Below, in pieces: positions 48,501 through 56,427 of a stretch of 64,000 nucleotides of DNA; position 1 is the stretch's first letter; each line of letters opens with the position of its first letter. The stretch lies in UHGV virus genome UHGV-0178594. One strand, 5' to 3'. This DNA is from a virus. Made by a program: the position numbers and the translations under genes. Below the pieces are notes generated by a model. It was not told where the DNA came from. It was given only the letters and a program-made list of their open reading frames with translations, and made no database searches.

Positions 48501-49384
48501 TCGGGGATCATCTCCAGGAAGGTTTCCGGGTGTTTACGCAATACCCATACGTCCACCACCGTATCTGTACCGGATTCGCTGAACGTACCAGAAGGCATAC
48601 GATGCGCGCCCAAAAATTCCGCTTTACGGCTGACTTTATCGCGCAATTTTTTGTATTTCGTACCATCGGTCATGCCATTCGGCACCACCAATACAATTAG
48701 TCCACCAGGCTTAACCTTGTCGATTGTGCGCAGCACAAAGTAATTGCCAACGTTCTTCTCGTTTGCATATGCCGGATCAAGCCCGGCGACACCGGAACGC
48801 CCTTCACCAAACGGTACGTTACCAACAGCGTGATCATACATTGCGTCTTTCGCCGCCAGCGCCTCAAACGCCCCGATATTCACATCGTCTTCCGGGTGCA
48901 AAAGCTGGTTTATTCGACCGGAAATCGGAGACAGTTCGGCGCTGGTCATTATCATGCCCTGCCGTTTTGTCTCCTGGAAAATACCTGTGCCCGCTGATGG
49001 TTCCAGTACGTGCCCGCCATCAATACCGTAGTCAGCAAACAGATCCCATATACCTTCAGCCATAAACTGTGGCGTGTAGTATTCGTATTGGCTGCCCTCA
49101 CCATCTGTCAGGCCGCCTTCACCGGTATACCCGGCAAGAATCTGACGTTGTGCGTCAGTTAATTTCGCCCCATCGAAGCCGGGCGGAAGGGAATTAAGAA
49201 GATTTACTGCGGCGTTGTTTGCTGCCCGGCGTGTTTTCTGAATACTGACGCCATCGACTTTCTTAACGCCAAAGGTCACTACAGCTCGCGGTTTATGCAA
49301 CCGACTAACAATTTCAATCAGCGCCCCAATGCTGGTGGCCTGGCTAATTGAATCAATTATTTTGTCCAAAGGAAGCCCCCTCAA
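42533..49384 (-). CDS. DarB-like anti-restriction protein: N6-adenine methyltransferase fused to SF2 helicase
   Basis: 2283 aa (P1 DarB is of similar size as I recall); MTase motifs EPSAGTGIF and GNVPFG; helicase motifs GTGLGKTT, DEGHNYRN, LTATPLVNSP. Confidence 0.75.
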   Translation of the reverse strand: MRGLPLDKIIDSISQATSIGALIEIVSRLHKPRAVVTFGVKKVDGVSIQKTRRAANNAAVNLLNSLPPGFDGAKLTDAQRQILAGYTGEGGLTDGEGSQYEYYTPQFMAEGIWDLFADYGIDGGHVLEPSAGTGIFQETKRQGMIMTSAELSPISGRINQLLHPEDDVNIGAFEALAAKDAMYDHAVGNVPFGEGRSGVAGLDPAYANEKNVGNYFVLRTIDKVKPGGLIVLVVPNGMTDGTKYKKLRDKVSRKAEFLGAHRMPSGTFSESGTDTVVDVWVLRKHPETFLEMIPDTDDATLKSANVLWDTFLKGKWFTTEGKRFVYGDMERTSFRNTLVVKKDGRVSNESMKTALSRRFESRINWDLLGVTTQAWQGAKVGDKRLVGGIWHEFDGLKWVKDTTTKSSALDVSRYGVSTFGDLQIAFQSTNGILALSWDQISAIASDYPSVVSDEVAAMIRFAGKQREKDRERVMRGALIGQLINKALDLRNLGVNVDDKLADASRLAAAEVAKYGPPHAIKLNGLAEAGAKNWMTFTGNVKQDGSTSDLLAGRLDVTDGAAGIDFTRPEQVIAHLFSDVALNPITLGDFREAFAGELPEDDDAALEYLAKFDDIAIDGYGCLLPMDRATSGDIATKTTLLVGWRDASTGEQKANFERQLAKIEEKRIFTPLNKVTVNLNARWLDRRLIKEFLAEQGYDEFKYTEPDLKVVDGILVSPDDYEGKDGVFTGYQLRTVNGKNGNEFKKANNKDGFLNQLENYLNGVKPRGQNANEYLDKIAQLEVSFNDWLRTHPQADQIARDYNDAFNGFIPFTHSNAPLGLEGISGKRIPLTYQNEEVRRLSEDGRGIMGFGTGLGKTTTALALEAYNFETGRTKRTCIVVPKAVYQNWYHEAQSFYSADAFANMMFIGLDEVRDEDGNILTAPVLDENGEPRLDSNGQPLTRNVVKESASAVIVQRMNMIPSSNWRTVIMTKEQFASIPLREKTIEENSQQAVFNAVEMGRLDLASGKHRDAQKKNKIKDQAANTGTTKKQNIPYFEDMNFDSVIADEGHNYRNSFNAGREAGQLAYLPNPAVSKMARDMAVKAAYMMKRNNGRGVVMLTATPLVNSPIDAFNMLSTVIPQEEWMRMGIITPDDFVRVFGKTATVQVQKISGEVEEKQGLVGFQNLDGLRGIFHRWTTLKTAADVGATVKIPDIVENTLQIPMTGEQEAAYEELRKRAQELSSKDALTVDENGHITNEKPDDFIFSIIRDMDKVAIDPDLYASAITFQFPVELADKVKAIADALPKVAGGKVADDADEAEEDGAGGLVSTRTSKVVKTTFSEHPAHVEIRASIELEAEILKAIAAAGIDLQQVSHPIPPKYAALIENLREGLKNGKQIVFIDEKAQHQKLRRIIASALQMPEQEIGIINATTVSQAGGIKLKKVNKPTEPTPNKNGEYKEGAWETYYSKLAQYEDYLSAKNDAGLEGMEGIAADYNEGRTRIIICNKKAEVGINLHIGTTDIHHLTLPWTPASIDQRNGRGARVGSPQEKVNVHYYCGKGTFDDFRLDTLKRKKDWIKMVMTSDMSEIANGDADDADERAIMLAANPEERRAIMARQAQEREERLKLKAQREANNALDIYLKAANAAGKDIGMMETELKSAMEQIEYYQRNLDDLIKAGTNRNGQKFALEQLSSYRKRARVLRFAITRAKDADTIMKRSRGDVERAIKSGVLDISIDVIQNPQEYMRTDKNILLHKGSYYRAVIDDRETTAIVRVEKIDGEKAQYLCRIAWLDRASRYARSPGSIVTLPFDSVIEAVTFEEGVAESRATAARGVQCHQLSTILTRDQFYDAIRNGVMNVIAGKPGNAWGGGSAIKYWAYRTDDGQIALSSAYDGVIGQKIGRASDIAPERWIYPDGNDEALKREVAKIQASDNPLNIVDGEGFLQALYGYDYIQGMQAWGAQATMDDVVQEFENWMAGRGLSGRSLNKVTSEDILSLFRKPSGEGLESFWRTVLAYRLFKGRMKAFSNIDDIERMFNQVKIAKIKTKIEKTRSALVAWRDALFEQYKSLSDADGWAALEQLANNGVDGAKLAIVQADNPLESPASQWIKVGAVINAFDEKHISKDDFADAVSVNRLVEMATRRARELKDGDYVNELPDALKSATWQDYVSLKNGGATESEIAERLEQAESKREEQAAVAEARADEAANDDYIIVVNDKPIRAKARVRGRWWSVSEDVGAVYLIADQPGSSTIRNAKDAIKKIGGRFWNFEANPVADVNFDRPAWMVSTRYSLDELRKIIADAA

Positions 49385-49521
49385 AACCGTTAAATCCGCC
49401 TTAAGCGGTTCGGTTTGAGAGGGTATGGAGAATGTTATTTTCAGGGATGAACGACACTACCGTCAAAATCACATACTCACCATAGTTTGCCTACTTATTA
49501 ACCCATGAGCGGGAGAAATAT

Positions 49522-50007
49522 ATGGCAAACATTGAACCTCGCTGGCTTATTGAGGCCCGTAAAAATATTGGAGTCACCGAAATAAAAGGAGCGAAACACA
49601 ATCCAGAGATCGTTCAGTTCTGGCGGGATATTAAGCGCAGCGGAATTAAAGACGACGAAACGCCGTGGTGCGCTGCATTTGTTGGTGCAATGCTGGAACG
49701 TGTAGGTATCCGCTCAACAAGATTTGAGTCGGCAAAATCCTATCTGGATTGGGGCGAGAAATTAGATACACCGGCATACGGATGTATCGTTGTATTTACC
49801 CGCGTAGGCGGTGGGCACGTAGGCTTCGTTGTCGGACACCGCGCCAATGGCGATCTGCTTGTCTTGGGTGGGAACCAGGGGGATGCTGTTAATATTCGCG
49901 CATTCCCAACATCAAGAGTGTCTGGCTATCGCTGGCCTGCTGGCGAACCACGCAATACAGCTCTGTTACCAGTCGGAGACGCAGCAACCTCAACTAATGA
50001 GGCATAA
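49522..50007 (+). CDS. putative cysteine peptidase / cell-wall hydrolase (CHAP or NlpC/P60-like)
   Basis: Candidate catalytic Cys (TPWCAAFV) and His (GGGHVGFVV) spacing; 161 aa. Confidence 0.4.
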   Translation: MANIEPRWLIEARKNIGVTEIKGAKHNPEIVQFWRDIKRSGIKDDETPWCAAFVGAMLERVGIRSTRFESAKSYLDWGEKLDTPAYGCIVVFTRVGGGHVGFVVGHRANGDLLVLGGNQGDAVNIRAFPTSRVSGYRWPAGEPRNTALLPVGDAATSTNEA

Positions 50008-50030
50008 AAAAGCCCCGGCCAAGCCGGGGC
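50005..50030 (-). terminator. rho-independent terminator (minus-strand reading)
   Basis: gccccggc-caa-gccggggc hairpin next to A7 on plus strand. Confidence 0.6.
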
Positions 50031-50038
50031 ATCACACT

Positions 50039-50251
50039 TCAAGTTACGATCCAATCATTACCGACTGCATCCGCCGTCGATAAATCGACTTCCCGGATCT
50101 GGTATCCATTAATACAAAACCATCCAGTAGTAGAGCTATTATCAGGCCAGACCCATACACCAACACTCCATGCTTTACGGCGGCACACTTCAGCCTGTCC
50201 TTCCCTGATTTTTTTTACCGCCTGCATGATGTCCATCACTCGCCTCCCCAA
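50039..50251 (-). CDS. DUF2829-like small protein (separate ORF here, fused to antirepressor in left copy)
   Basis: ...EVCRRKAWSVGVWVWPD...DWIVT; 16-nt overlap with upstream antirepressor ORF. Confidence 0.45.
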   Translation of the reverse strand: MGRRVMDIMQAVKKIREGQAEVCRRKAWSVGVWVWPDNSSTTGWFCINGYQIREVDLSTADAVGNDWIVT

Positions 50252-50943
50252 CCGATTACCTGGAATTGCCCCATCCTTGGGTGATACCAGCGTTTTCCTC
50301 GGTGTTCAGCCTCCGACATCATCAGGGTAAAGGCATTCATGAAGGGAGATAAGGCCACAATAGTACGACGCGACAATACCCCCTCTGGCGTCAAAAACTC
50401 ATGCGTATCTGTGGGGATCCGGTAAGCGTTGACCAGGTTACGGCATTTGGCTTCAGTCAGGCCGCATTTCGCCGCCAGTTGGCGGTAGCCAATGTAGCCT
50501 TCTGGTATGTTGCCTTTCTTGATCTGCTCGACGGTTTCAGCGACCTGGCTAACCTTTGACTCAACAGCATGAAGCCGCTTTTGCTGCTGAACTGCATTCG
50601 CAGCCATTGCAGCGATCATCTCTATTTCGGTCAACGGCTGGCGTACTTGTTCTTCCAGTTCGCGCCAGCGGTCCACCAGCCGGGCGGTGAATTCGGGAGA
50701 GAGCTGCGCAACGACAATAATGCTGTCTCGTTTGCCTTGCTCGCCTTCGAAGACGTAAGCCTCAACGCCACGACGCAATCCTAAGTTATTGATTTTTTCG
50801 AAAACAGCCATTGGCGGTTTTCGGATAATGCTTCGAGCAACCATACGCTCAATACTACGTTTAACGTCAGAGTGTTGACTTCCCACCAGCTCCGCAATCT
50901 CAATGCTGGTCATTGATAGTTTTTCGAGAATGCAGATATCCAT
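50236..50943 (-). CDS. antirepressor-like protein (Rha/Bro-N-type)
   Basis: Paralog of 8832..9758 N-terminal 230 aa; ~90% identical DNA stretches. Confidence 0.6.
   Translation of the reverse strand: MDICILEKLSMTSIEIAELVGSQHSDVKRSIERMVARSIIRKPPMAVFEKINNLGLRRGVEAYVFEGEQGKRDSIIVVAQLSPEFTARLVDRWRELEEQVRQPLTEIEMIAAMAANAVQQQKRLHAVESKVSQVAETVEQIKKGNIPEGYIGYRQLAAKCGLTEAKCRNLVNAYRIPTDTHEFLTPEGVLSRRTIVALSPFMNAFTLMMSEAEHRGKRWYHPRMGQFQVIGWGGE
50390..50760. repeat. ~0.4-kb direct repeat (right copy) inside antirepressor gene
   Basis: See left copy; same orientation, ~41 kb apart. Confidence 0.7.
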
Positions 50944-51167
50944 CAGTGAGCCTCCGCAATGCCGGGATTGGTAATATTGCGATACCAGGGATTAGTGTTT
51001 GGTTGTGGGGAAGTAGAGAAACGACCAGTGAGAACGCCATACTGATCAGGGATCAGAGAACGGGCTTCTTTTTCAGTTGCGGCAATTGCGAAGTGATCAC
51101 AATGTTTTTGCAGGGAGTGGAAACGCCAGATGAATTCTGGACGTGAGCAATGATTGGCATTAACCAT
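50943..51167 (-). CDS. Icd-like small protein
   Basis: Paralog of 9758..9973; ATGA-coupled to antirepressor. Confidence 0.4.
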   Translation of the reverse strand: MVNANHCSRPEFIWRFHSLQKHCDHFAIAATEKEARSLIPDQYGVLTGRFSTSPQPNTNPWYRNITNPGIAEAH

Positions 51168-51494
51168 AGTTACGGCCTCGTAAGTTGATAAACAACCTGC
51201 GACCCGCTGTCAAACAGGTGGCAGGACGTGACAGGGTTGACAGACTGGCACTTACGAAACCAGCAGGCCGAAGCCTCCCCATCACGCCCCACCATAATTC
51301 GGGCGTAACGTGGTTTTACGGACACAAAAATACCGCAATATCGGAAATGTGCGGTTGTCCGCGTAAGTATTCAGGCTGTCAAACCTGGTCGCAGAATTTG
51401 CTACGACGGCATGAATATAAGCCTGAACATTAGAAAGATCAACAGAATTTTTATCAAATGCTGTTTTTTAGTGACAATGTAAATCATACATTCT

Positions 51495-51526
51495 TGATTA
51501 GAAACATCAATTTAATTTTCTAACAT
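51495..51526. promoter_or_regulatory. palindromic operator candidate (ATTAGAA-N14-TTCTAAC)
   Basis: Between RepL-like gene and icd-ant module. Confidence 0.5.
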
Positions 51527-51582
51527 ACATTTTCGAGCGATGAAATTCCCGCCGCACGGTTATTGTACAGTCAATCGCAACA

Positions 51583-52542
51583 TCATCCCCGAAAGCCCTC
51601 CGGAATTGACCAGTCTTCCCGGTCAAATTCAGACCGATAGCCACGCTGTATCATCAGGTCAAATGCTTCATTGATGGTTGCACATCCCTGGGAACCAGAA
51701 TAATCCATAGAGAAATCCAGGGCGCTGGATCGTTTGGGCTTATTCACTGTGGTAGCACTACGTAACCATGCAAATTTTTTTGCCAGTTTTTCAGCGGTAC
51801 GATACAGAGCCTGCCGTTTTGCGTACCCCTCGTCTGAACGACGCTTTGCAGCTCTCGCTTTTGCTGCCGCCAGGCAGTGGTTGGTATGTTCTTCCCTGAT
51901 TACTGTTTTTTTATCCAGCAAGCCATTATCCGCTTGAGAACTATCTGCTGGTGAAGCCTTTGGCTGAACCGCGCATGATCTTTCTCTTCTTTTGGCTATA
52001 GAGTGACTCTTATTTTCTATTGGCTGTTCATTTTGAACATGGGGGGGCTTGTTCAATTTGAACAGGGGGTTCCCAGTTTCAAAAAAATAACGAACCTTTG
52101 AAATCAACTGCTTAACCAGTTTTGTGGCGTTGGCAAATTTGATGCCCTGCTTACTCCCTATCTCCATTGCTACATGAATGAAGTGGAGAAATTGTGTTGT
52201 AAACCGGTACACGTTACACACCTGAGCATTGTTATTCGCTACCTGATGCTGCTTAACAAGCATTCCGCACTTCGTCGCTTCGGCAAATGCCCGGCGCACA
52301 GTAGAAATACTGCGTCCTGTAATCTCGGACATATCCGCATATGAGCGACGGATCATGTATTCATCGGTAGCTCCTGCCAGGTTGGCGAACTCGGCAATAA
52401 TGGCGCTATGTGAAGGGGAAAGAAAACCGCTATGACGAGCAAAAAAACTCAACTGATGACCTTTGATTTTTTTGTGGTATTCAGTGTTGTTTTTATACTC
52501 AGAAGTGTTGAAAGTAACTGAAACTGAATTTAAAATACTCAC
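51583..52542 (-). CDS. RepL-like replication protein (lytic replicon type)
   Basis: N-terminus MSILNSVSVTFNTSEY...; internal direct repeats suggest an origin inside the gene as in P1 repL/oriL. Confidence 0.45.
   Translation of the reverse strand: MSILNSVSVTFNTSEYKNNTEYHKKIKGHQLSFFARHSGFLSPSHSAIIAEFANLAGATDEYMIRRSYADMSEITGRSISTVRRAFAEATKCGMLVKQHQVANNNAQVCNVYRFTTQFLHFIHVAMEIGSKQGIKFANATKLVKQLISKVRYFFETGNPLFKLNKPPHVQNEQPIENKSHSIAKRRERSCAVQPKASPADSSQADNGLLDKKTVIREEHTNHCLAAAKARAAKRRSDEGYAKRQALYRTAEKLAKKFAWLRSATTVNKPKRSSALDFSMDYSGSQGCATINEAFDLMIQRGYRSEFDREDWSIPEGFRG
52026..52070. repeat. two ~20-bp direct repeats inside repL-like gene (candidate oriL iterons)
   Basis: GTTCATTTTGAACATGGGGGGG and GTTCAATTTGAACAGGGGGT. 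Confidence 0.35.
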
Positions 52543-52741
52543 CAGATAGTTCCGTGAAAAATCTATCTACCGTATAAATCTATGCCAGTGGATTTATACA
52601 CCCAAAAGCCGCTACTCAGCGGCTTTTGCTTTTTTTGGCAGTCGCTACCGGAGCAGTGACCGCGATCCTACTCGATCACGTGCCGTCGGATCAACAGTGT
52701 ATAAAAACACACTGTGTTAGAAAATTAAGCTAGCTTTTAGC

Positions 52742-53740
52742 TCACATCCTCTTAGACACAAAGATCAGCGGAGTCACCGTCTTGTTCTCTTTCACCGGTA
52801 TTTCTTGTTGTTTATTGGCTGATATTGGCAGACCATAAGTGGCATTAGCCCCCAGGGATTCAAGCATCGCCGCGACAATGCGTGCATCATCCTCTGACTG
52901 CATACGGCAGAGCGCCCGGCGCTGTTCTGCGCTGATAAAAACAGGCATTTCCTGGATAGCATCACGCAAAATACGGCGGCATTTCTTCGCGTTCTCCCCC
53001 TGGCTTTCCATCATCGCGGCCTGGTCGCGTAGTTTGTCGCGAAGCTGCATATTTTCCACTTCAAGATGTATCAGTTCCGACTCCAGAACTTCACGTTGTG
53101 CTGATTCGAATATGGCTTGCTGACTCTTCATTGCTGAAAAGTGGTGAACCAGATCCGTAGCAGCATTATCGGTAAAACCTTGTTCGATAAGTGCCGCATG
53201 AATCGCCGCGTCGCGTTCTTCTGCTGATTCAAGCATCAGGCTTTTCTTGTCGAGGCTGATATAGTTAGGCACAGTTACGTAATCAAAACCGTGAAAAGAC
53301 TTTACCAGGGATACAGAGTAATCTGGACCAGATGTAGCCCATGACCAACCACCTGCGCAAGAATTAATCATACCCTGAACAATACGTCCGGTGTCCGTAT
53401 CCAGTATTTCCTGTGTATGGGTAACAATGCCGTTGTCGTCAATTGAAATGTCGATAGTCCTGTTTGACGGCACGTTCTCCAATACAACAGGCTTCCCATC
53501 TACCATCACAACAGAGACTTCCGGCAAGTCCAGGCTTTTCGTTTTGTTATAGTGCATCGCCCGGCGACCATGACCATAATAACCATACATCTCACCCAGT
53601 GCGATACGCTCTTTTGTTTCTGGCGAGTTGAATGTGTCTCGTACCGACTGGATAACGTAATTGCGATTGTTCTGAGGTGTGTGTTTGCGGATTTTCTCTA
53701 CCAGGGAGAAGCGATCCGTAACGGTATTCAGTGATTGCAT
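52742..53740 (-). CDS. hypothetical virion-associated protein (possible prohead protease)
   Basis: 332-aa ORF directly downstream of and coupled to 561-aa portal-like ORF; assignment is positional. Confidence 0.35.
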   Translation of the reverse strand: MQSLNTVTDRFSLVEKIRKHTPQNNRNYVIQSVRDTFNSPETKERIALGEMYGYYGHGRRAMHYNKTKSLDLPEVSVVMVDGKPVVLENVPSNRTIDISIDDNGIVTHTQEILDTDTGRIVQGMINSCAGGWSWATSGPDYSVSLVKSFHGFDYVTVPNYISLDKKSLMLESAEERDAAIHAALIEQGFTDNAATDLVHHFSAMKSQQAIFESAQREVLESELIHLEVENMQLRDKLRDQAAMMESQGENAKKCRRILRDAIQEMPVFISAEQRRALCRMQSEDDARIVAAMLESLGANATYGLPISANKQQEIPVKENKTVTPLIFVSKRM

Positions 53741-53753
53741 TATTTCCCTCCGG

Positions 53754-55439
53754 TTAATTATTGCTCATCACAAATTTTGCAAAGTTGATTAATTGTTCTT
53801 GCGTCCAGTTTTCCGGATCGTCACCGGACGACAACGGCGCGGATTCGTACATACCATGCTCGTTGTTTTGCTCTGATTCATTCGCCTTAAACTCTTGGAT
53901 CATTACGTTGAGAGTGTCATCGTCGATACGAAGCTGTTCGGTGAACAGATAACGCATAAACGCGTCGCTACCCGCCAGTTTCGGGTTGTTCTGGATCTGG
54001 TCCATTATTTGCGAGATGACAGCTACGAAGTTGGCGCGCGCATCCAGCTCTCGGTTTTCCTCTTCCTGGATAGCTGTGTTCATTGAGTTGAATTGCACGT
54101 CATAAGGACGGTTTTTTTCGGTGTAAACCTTCCCGTATTTATAAGCGAGGTGAATGTCATGAAGCCGATAAATAGTCCGCTGGGCGGCCTGTCTGATCCA
54201 GTTCGCGCGTAAGGCGGCCTGGATAGCTGTTTGCTGCCAACCGCCTTCTCCAAGTCCACCACTCATCTGATCAGCCCAGCCAAGCATTGTTGCGTCAATA
54301 CCGAGGCTTGCCGCGAGCTGTCGGAGATGAAACATAACGTCTTCGATACCACTGATATCTGCGGGTATAGATTGCGTATCAATGGTGATCCCGTTCTTCC
54401 CATCCCCCATGACGGGTATCAGATGGTTAAGTACAGATGGGAGAGCATTAGAATTAATCGACCGTTGCGCTACGAGGTCGCTATGACGCTTCAGTGCCTG
54501 GCTGACCCCGCGCGTATAATTCGCCGCGTTTACCGGATCTATCGTGTTCGTTGTGAGTGCAATCAGGCGATCAATTTTTGCAGCGTTGTTTCGCGTTGCT
54601 TTCAGCGCAGCAAGCGCGGCACATAAATTCAGGTAGGGTTCATAACTGTATTCAAGAAACGACGTACCGTAGTTCTGCGTCTCCATTAACGGCTTGTCCT
54701 GCTGTTCACTAAGCAAGGAATAGCCTTTAGTGCCGTAAGTTACTGGCATTACTTTATGCTGAGGCGTCCAGTACGGGTTTTTCATGGAAACCAGATTCCA
54801 CGGTTCGGTTATAACTCTGCGCAAAGTATGCGTATCCAGAATATAATCACCGCTGAATCCGACAAGTTGGCTACCGCGATAAAACTCCTGAACGAAATGA
54901 GGGAGCGTGTAATAGCTCGACTCAATTCCAGTTATCCCCTTCCCTTGCTCTGCATATGGACGAATATAAGACACACCGAAAATAGCCATGATCATGGCCC
55001 ACGATGGCAGGCCATCATTAATCATTGAGCTTAAATCAGCGGTCAATTCCTCACATCGACTTACAGCCTCCTTATCCGCCCCATTTTTCGGAGAGAGAAT
55101 AAATGCGAGGCCTGTTTTTTTTGATGGAGCCAGAGAATGCGCAATGTGAATGTTTAATGCTGTGGAGATAGTCGGACTTTTCGCCATCGTCTCCAGTATG
55201 TTGTATTTTTGCAGGCGGTCACTCGGTAATTCTGCCGATATAGATACAGTATCCGCCGCGCTTGTCATGCCATCGCTATTGCTCCCCAGGATGCCAGGAC
55301 GCAAGGCGGACAGGCCAGAACGAGCAACGACGCTATGCCCGCTCGCAAATACGACCGGATCGGCAGGCGTAACATCACCACCGCTGAAGGCTTTCTTCAA
55401 TGCCGACAGAAAGCCCTTGTTTTTGTCTTTCGTTGCCAT
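53754..55439 (-). CDS. hypothetical virion protein (possible portal)
   Basis: 561-aa ORF downstream of dar-like operon; size consistent with portal; no motif confirmed. Confidence 0.35.
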   Translation of the reverse strand: MATKDKNKGFLSALKKAFSGGDVTPADPVVFASGHSVVARSGLSALRPGILGSNSDGMTSAADTVSISAELPSDRLQKYNILETMAKSPTISTALNIHIAHSLAPSKKTGLAFILSPKNGADKEAVSRCEELTADLSSMINDGLPSWAMIMAIFGVSYIRPYAEQGKGITGIESSYYTLPHFVQEFYRGSQLVGFSGDYILDTHTLRRVITEPWNLVSMKNPYWTPQHKVMPVTYGTKGYSLLSEQQDKPLMETQNYGTSFLEYSYEPYLNLCAALAALKATRNNAAKIDRLIALTTNTIDPVNAANYTRGVSQALKRHSDLVAQRSINSNALPSVLNHLIPVMGDGKNGITIDTQSIPADISGIEDVMFHLRQLAASLGIDATMLGWADQMSGGLGEGGWQQTAIQAALRANWIRQAAQRTIYRLHDIHLAYKYGKVYTEKNRPYDVQFNSMNTAIQEEENRELDARANFVAVISQIMDQIQNNPKLAGSDAFMRYLFTEQLRIDDDTLNVMIQEFKANESEQNNEHGMYESAPLSSGDDPENWTQEQLINFAKFVMSNN

Positions 55440-55671
55440 GATTCACCGCAAAAGGTTTCCGATTTCGTGGCAGCTTATCCAGTGTGTGATTTCATCAGTA
55501 ATTTTTCGTTGTTTTCACCATATGCTGATGTTTTTTCATATGCGGAAATGCTTTTCCAAAAACGCAACCACCAAACAAGGAAGTTATGTTTATAAACATT
55601 TTTGTTGTGTTTTATATCTTTTGTGTTAGTATTCTTATCGCCCATGATGGATAAATTGCATAAGGAAACTT

Positions 55672-55854
55672 GTGAAGTATTCAGAGTTCAAACGCTGGTT
55701 AATCCAGCAAGGGGCAGAGTTCAGGAAAGCGCCTGGTGGCGGCAGTCATCAGAAAGTGAACCTGAACGGAAAGCGGTCGGTTTTCCCGGACCACGGTTCA
55801 AAGGAAATGCCTGAACCGCTACGCAAGAAAATAATGAAGGACCTGGGGCTTTAA
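55672..55854 (+). CDS. hicA: HicA toxin (mRNA interferase)
   Basis: MKYSEFKRWLIQQGAEFRK...GSHQK...LRKKIMKDLGL closely matches HicA family. Confidence 0.8.
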   Translation: MKYSEFKRWLIQQGAEFRKAPGGGSHQKVNLNGKRSVFPDHGSKEMPEPLRKKIMKDLGL

Positions 55855-55884
55855 GCCCCAGCCTTTTTCACTAGGAGCTTCTCT

Positions 55885-56316
55885 ATGTTTAACTATCCGG
55901 TAAAACTGGAGCGCGACGACAAAACCGGCGCGTATGTCGTATCATGCCGCGACCTACCATTGTTTAATTCCGTGGGTGACTCAGTTGAAGAAGCGTTGCT
56001 TGAGGCTGGTTATGGATTGGTCGCAGCGGTTGCGATTGAGATTGAAGAACGCCGACCTGTTCCCACTGGTAGCGAGCCAAAAGAAGGTGAGTACGTTGTC
56101 TCTTTGCCAGTGCTACCAGCAATGAAGGCTGCACTCCACAACGCGATGATAGAAACCGGCACACGCAAAGCAGAGTTGGCGCGCAAACTCGGAAAAAATG
56201 GAACACAGATTGATCGTCTTCTCGACGTCGAACATTCATCGAAAGTTGAAACTGTCGAGCTGGCACTGCATCAACTGAATAAAAATATCGTCGTATCTGT
56301 CACACCAATGCGGTGA
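55885..56316 (+). CDS. hicB: HicB antitoxin
   Basis: 143 aa directly downstream of hicA; N-terminal RNase H-like segment (YPV.LERDDKTGAYVVSCRDLP) plus C-terminal HTH-like region. Confidence 0.75.
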   Translation: MFNYPVKLERDDKTGAYVVSCRDLPLFNSVGDSVEEALLEAGYGLVAAVAIEIEERRPVPTGSEPKEGEYVVSLPVLPAMKAALHNAMIETGTRKAELARKLGKNGTQIDRLLDVEHSSKVETVELALHQLNKNIVVSVTPMR

Positions 56317-56427
56317 CTGCTCCCCGCCCTGCTGGGCGAGGATTTACGGGGTATTTGTTAAAAACGCTCTATTCAAAGAAGAAATACCGAATCCCCCGGA
56401 GGTTATCCGGGGTGTCCGGTCGCCAGG

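Noticed and set aside
52694-52713. Palindrome CAGTGTATAAAAACACACTG next to a GTTAGAA half-site, considered as a LexA box
   Set aside because: Arms are CAGTGT/ACACTG rather than CTGT-N8-ACAG; it may be part of the repL-region promoter but is not a LexA site.
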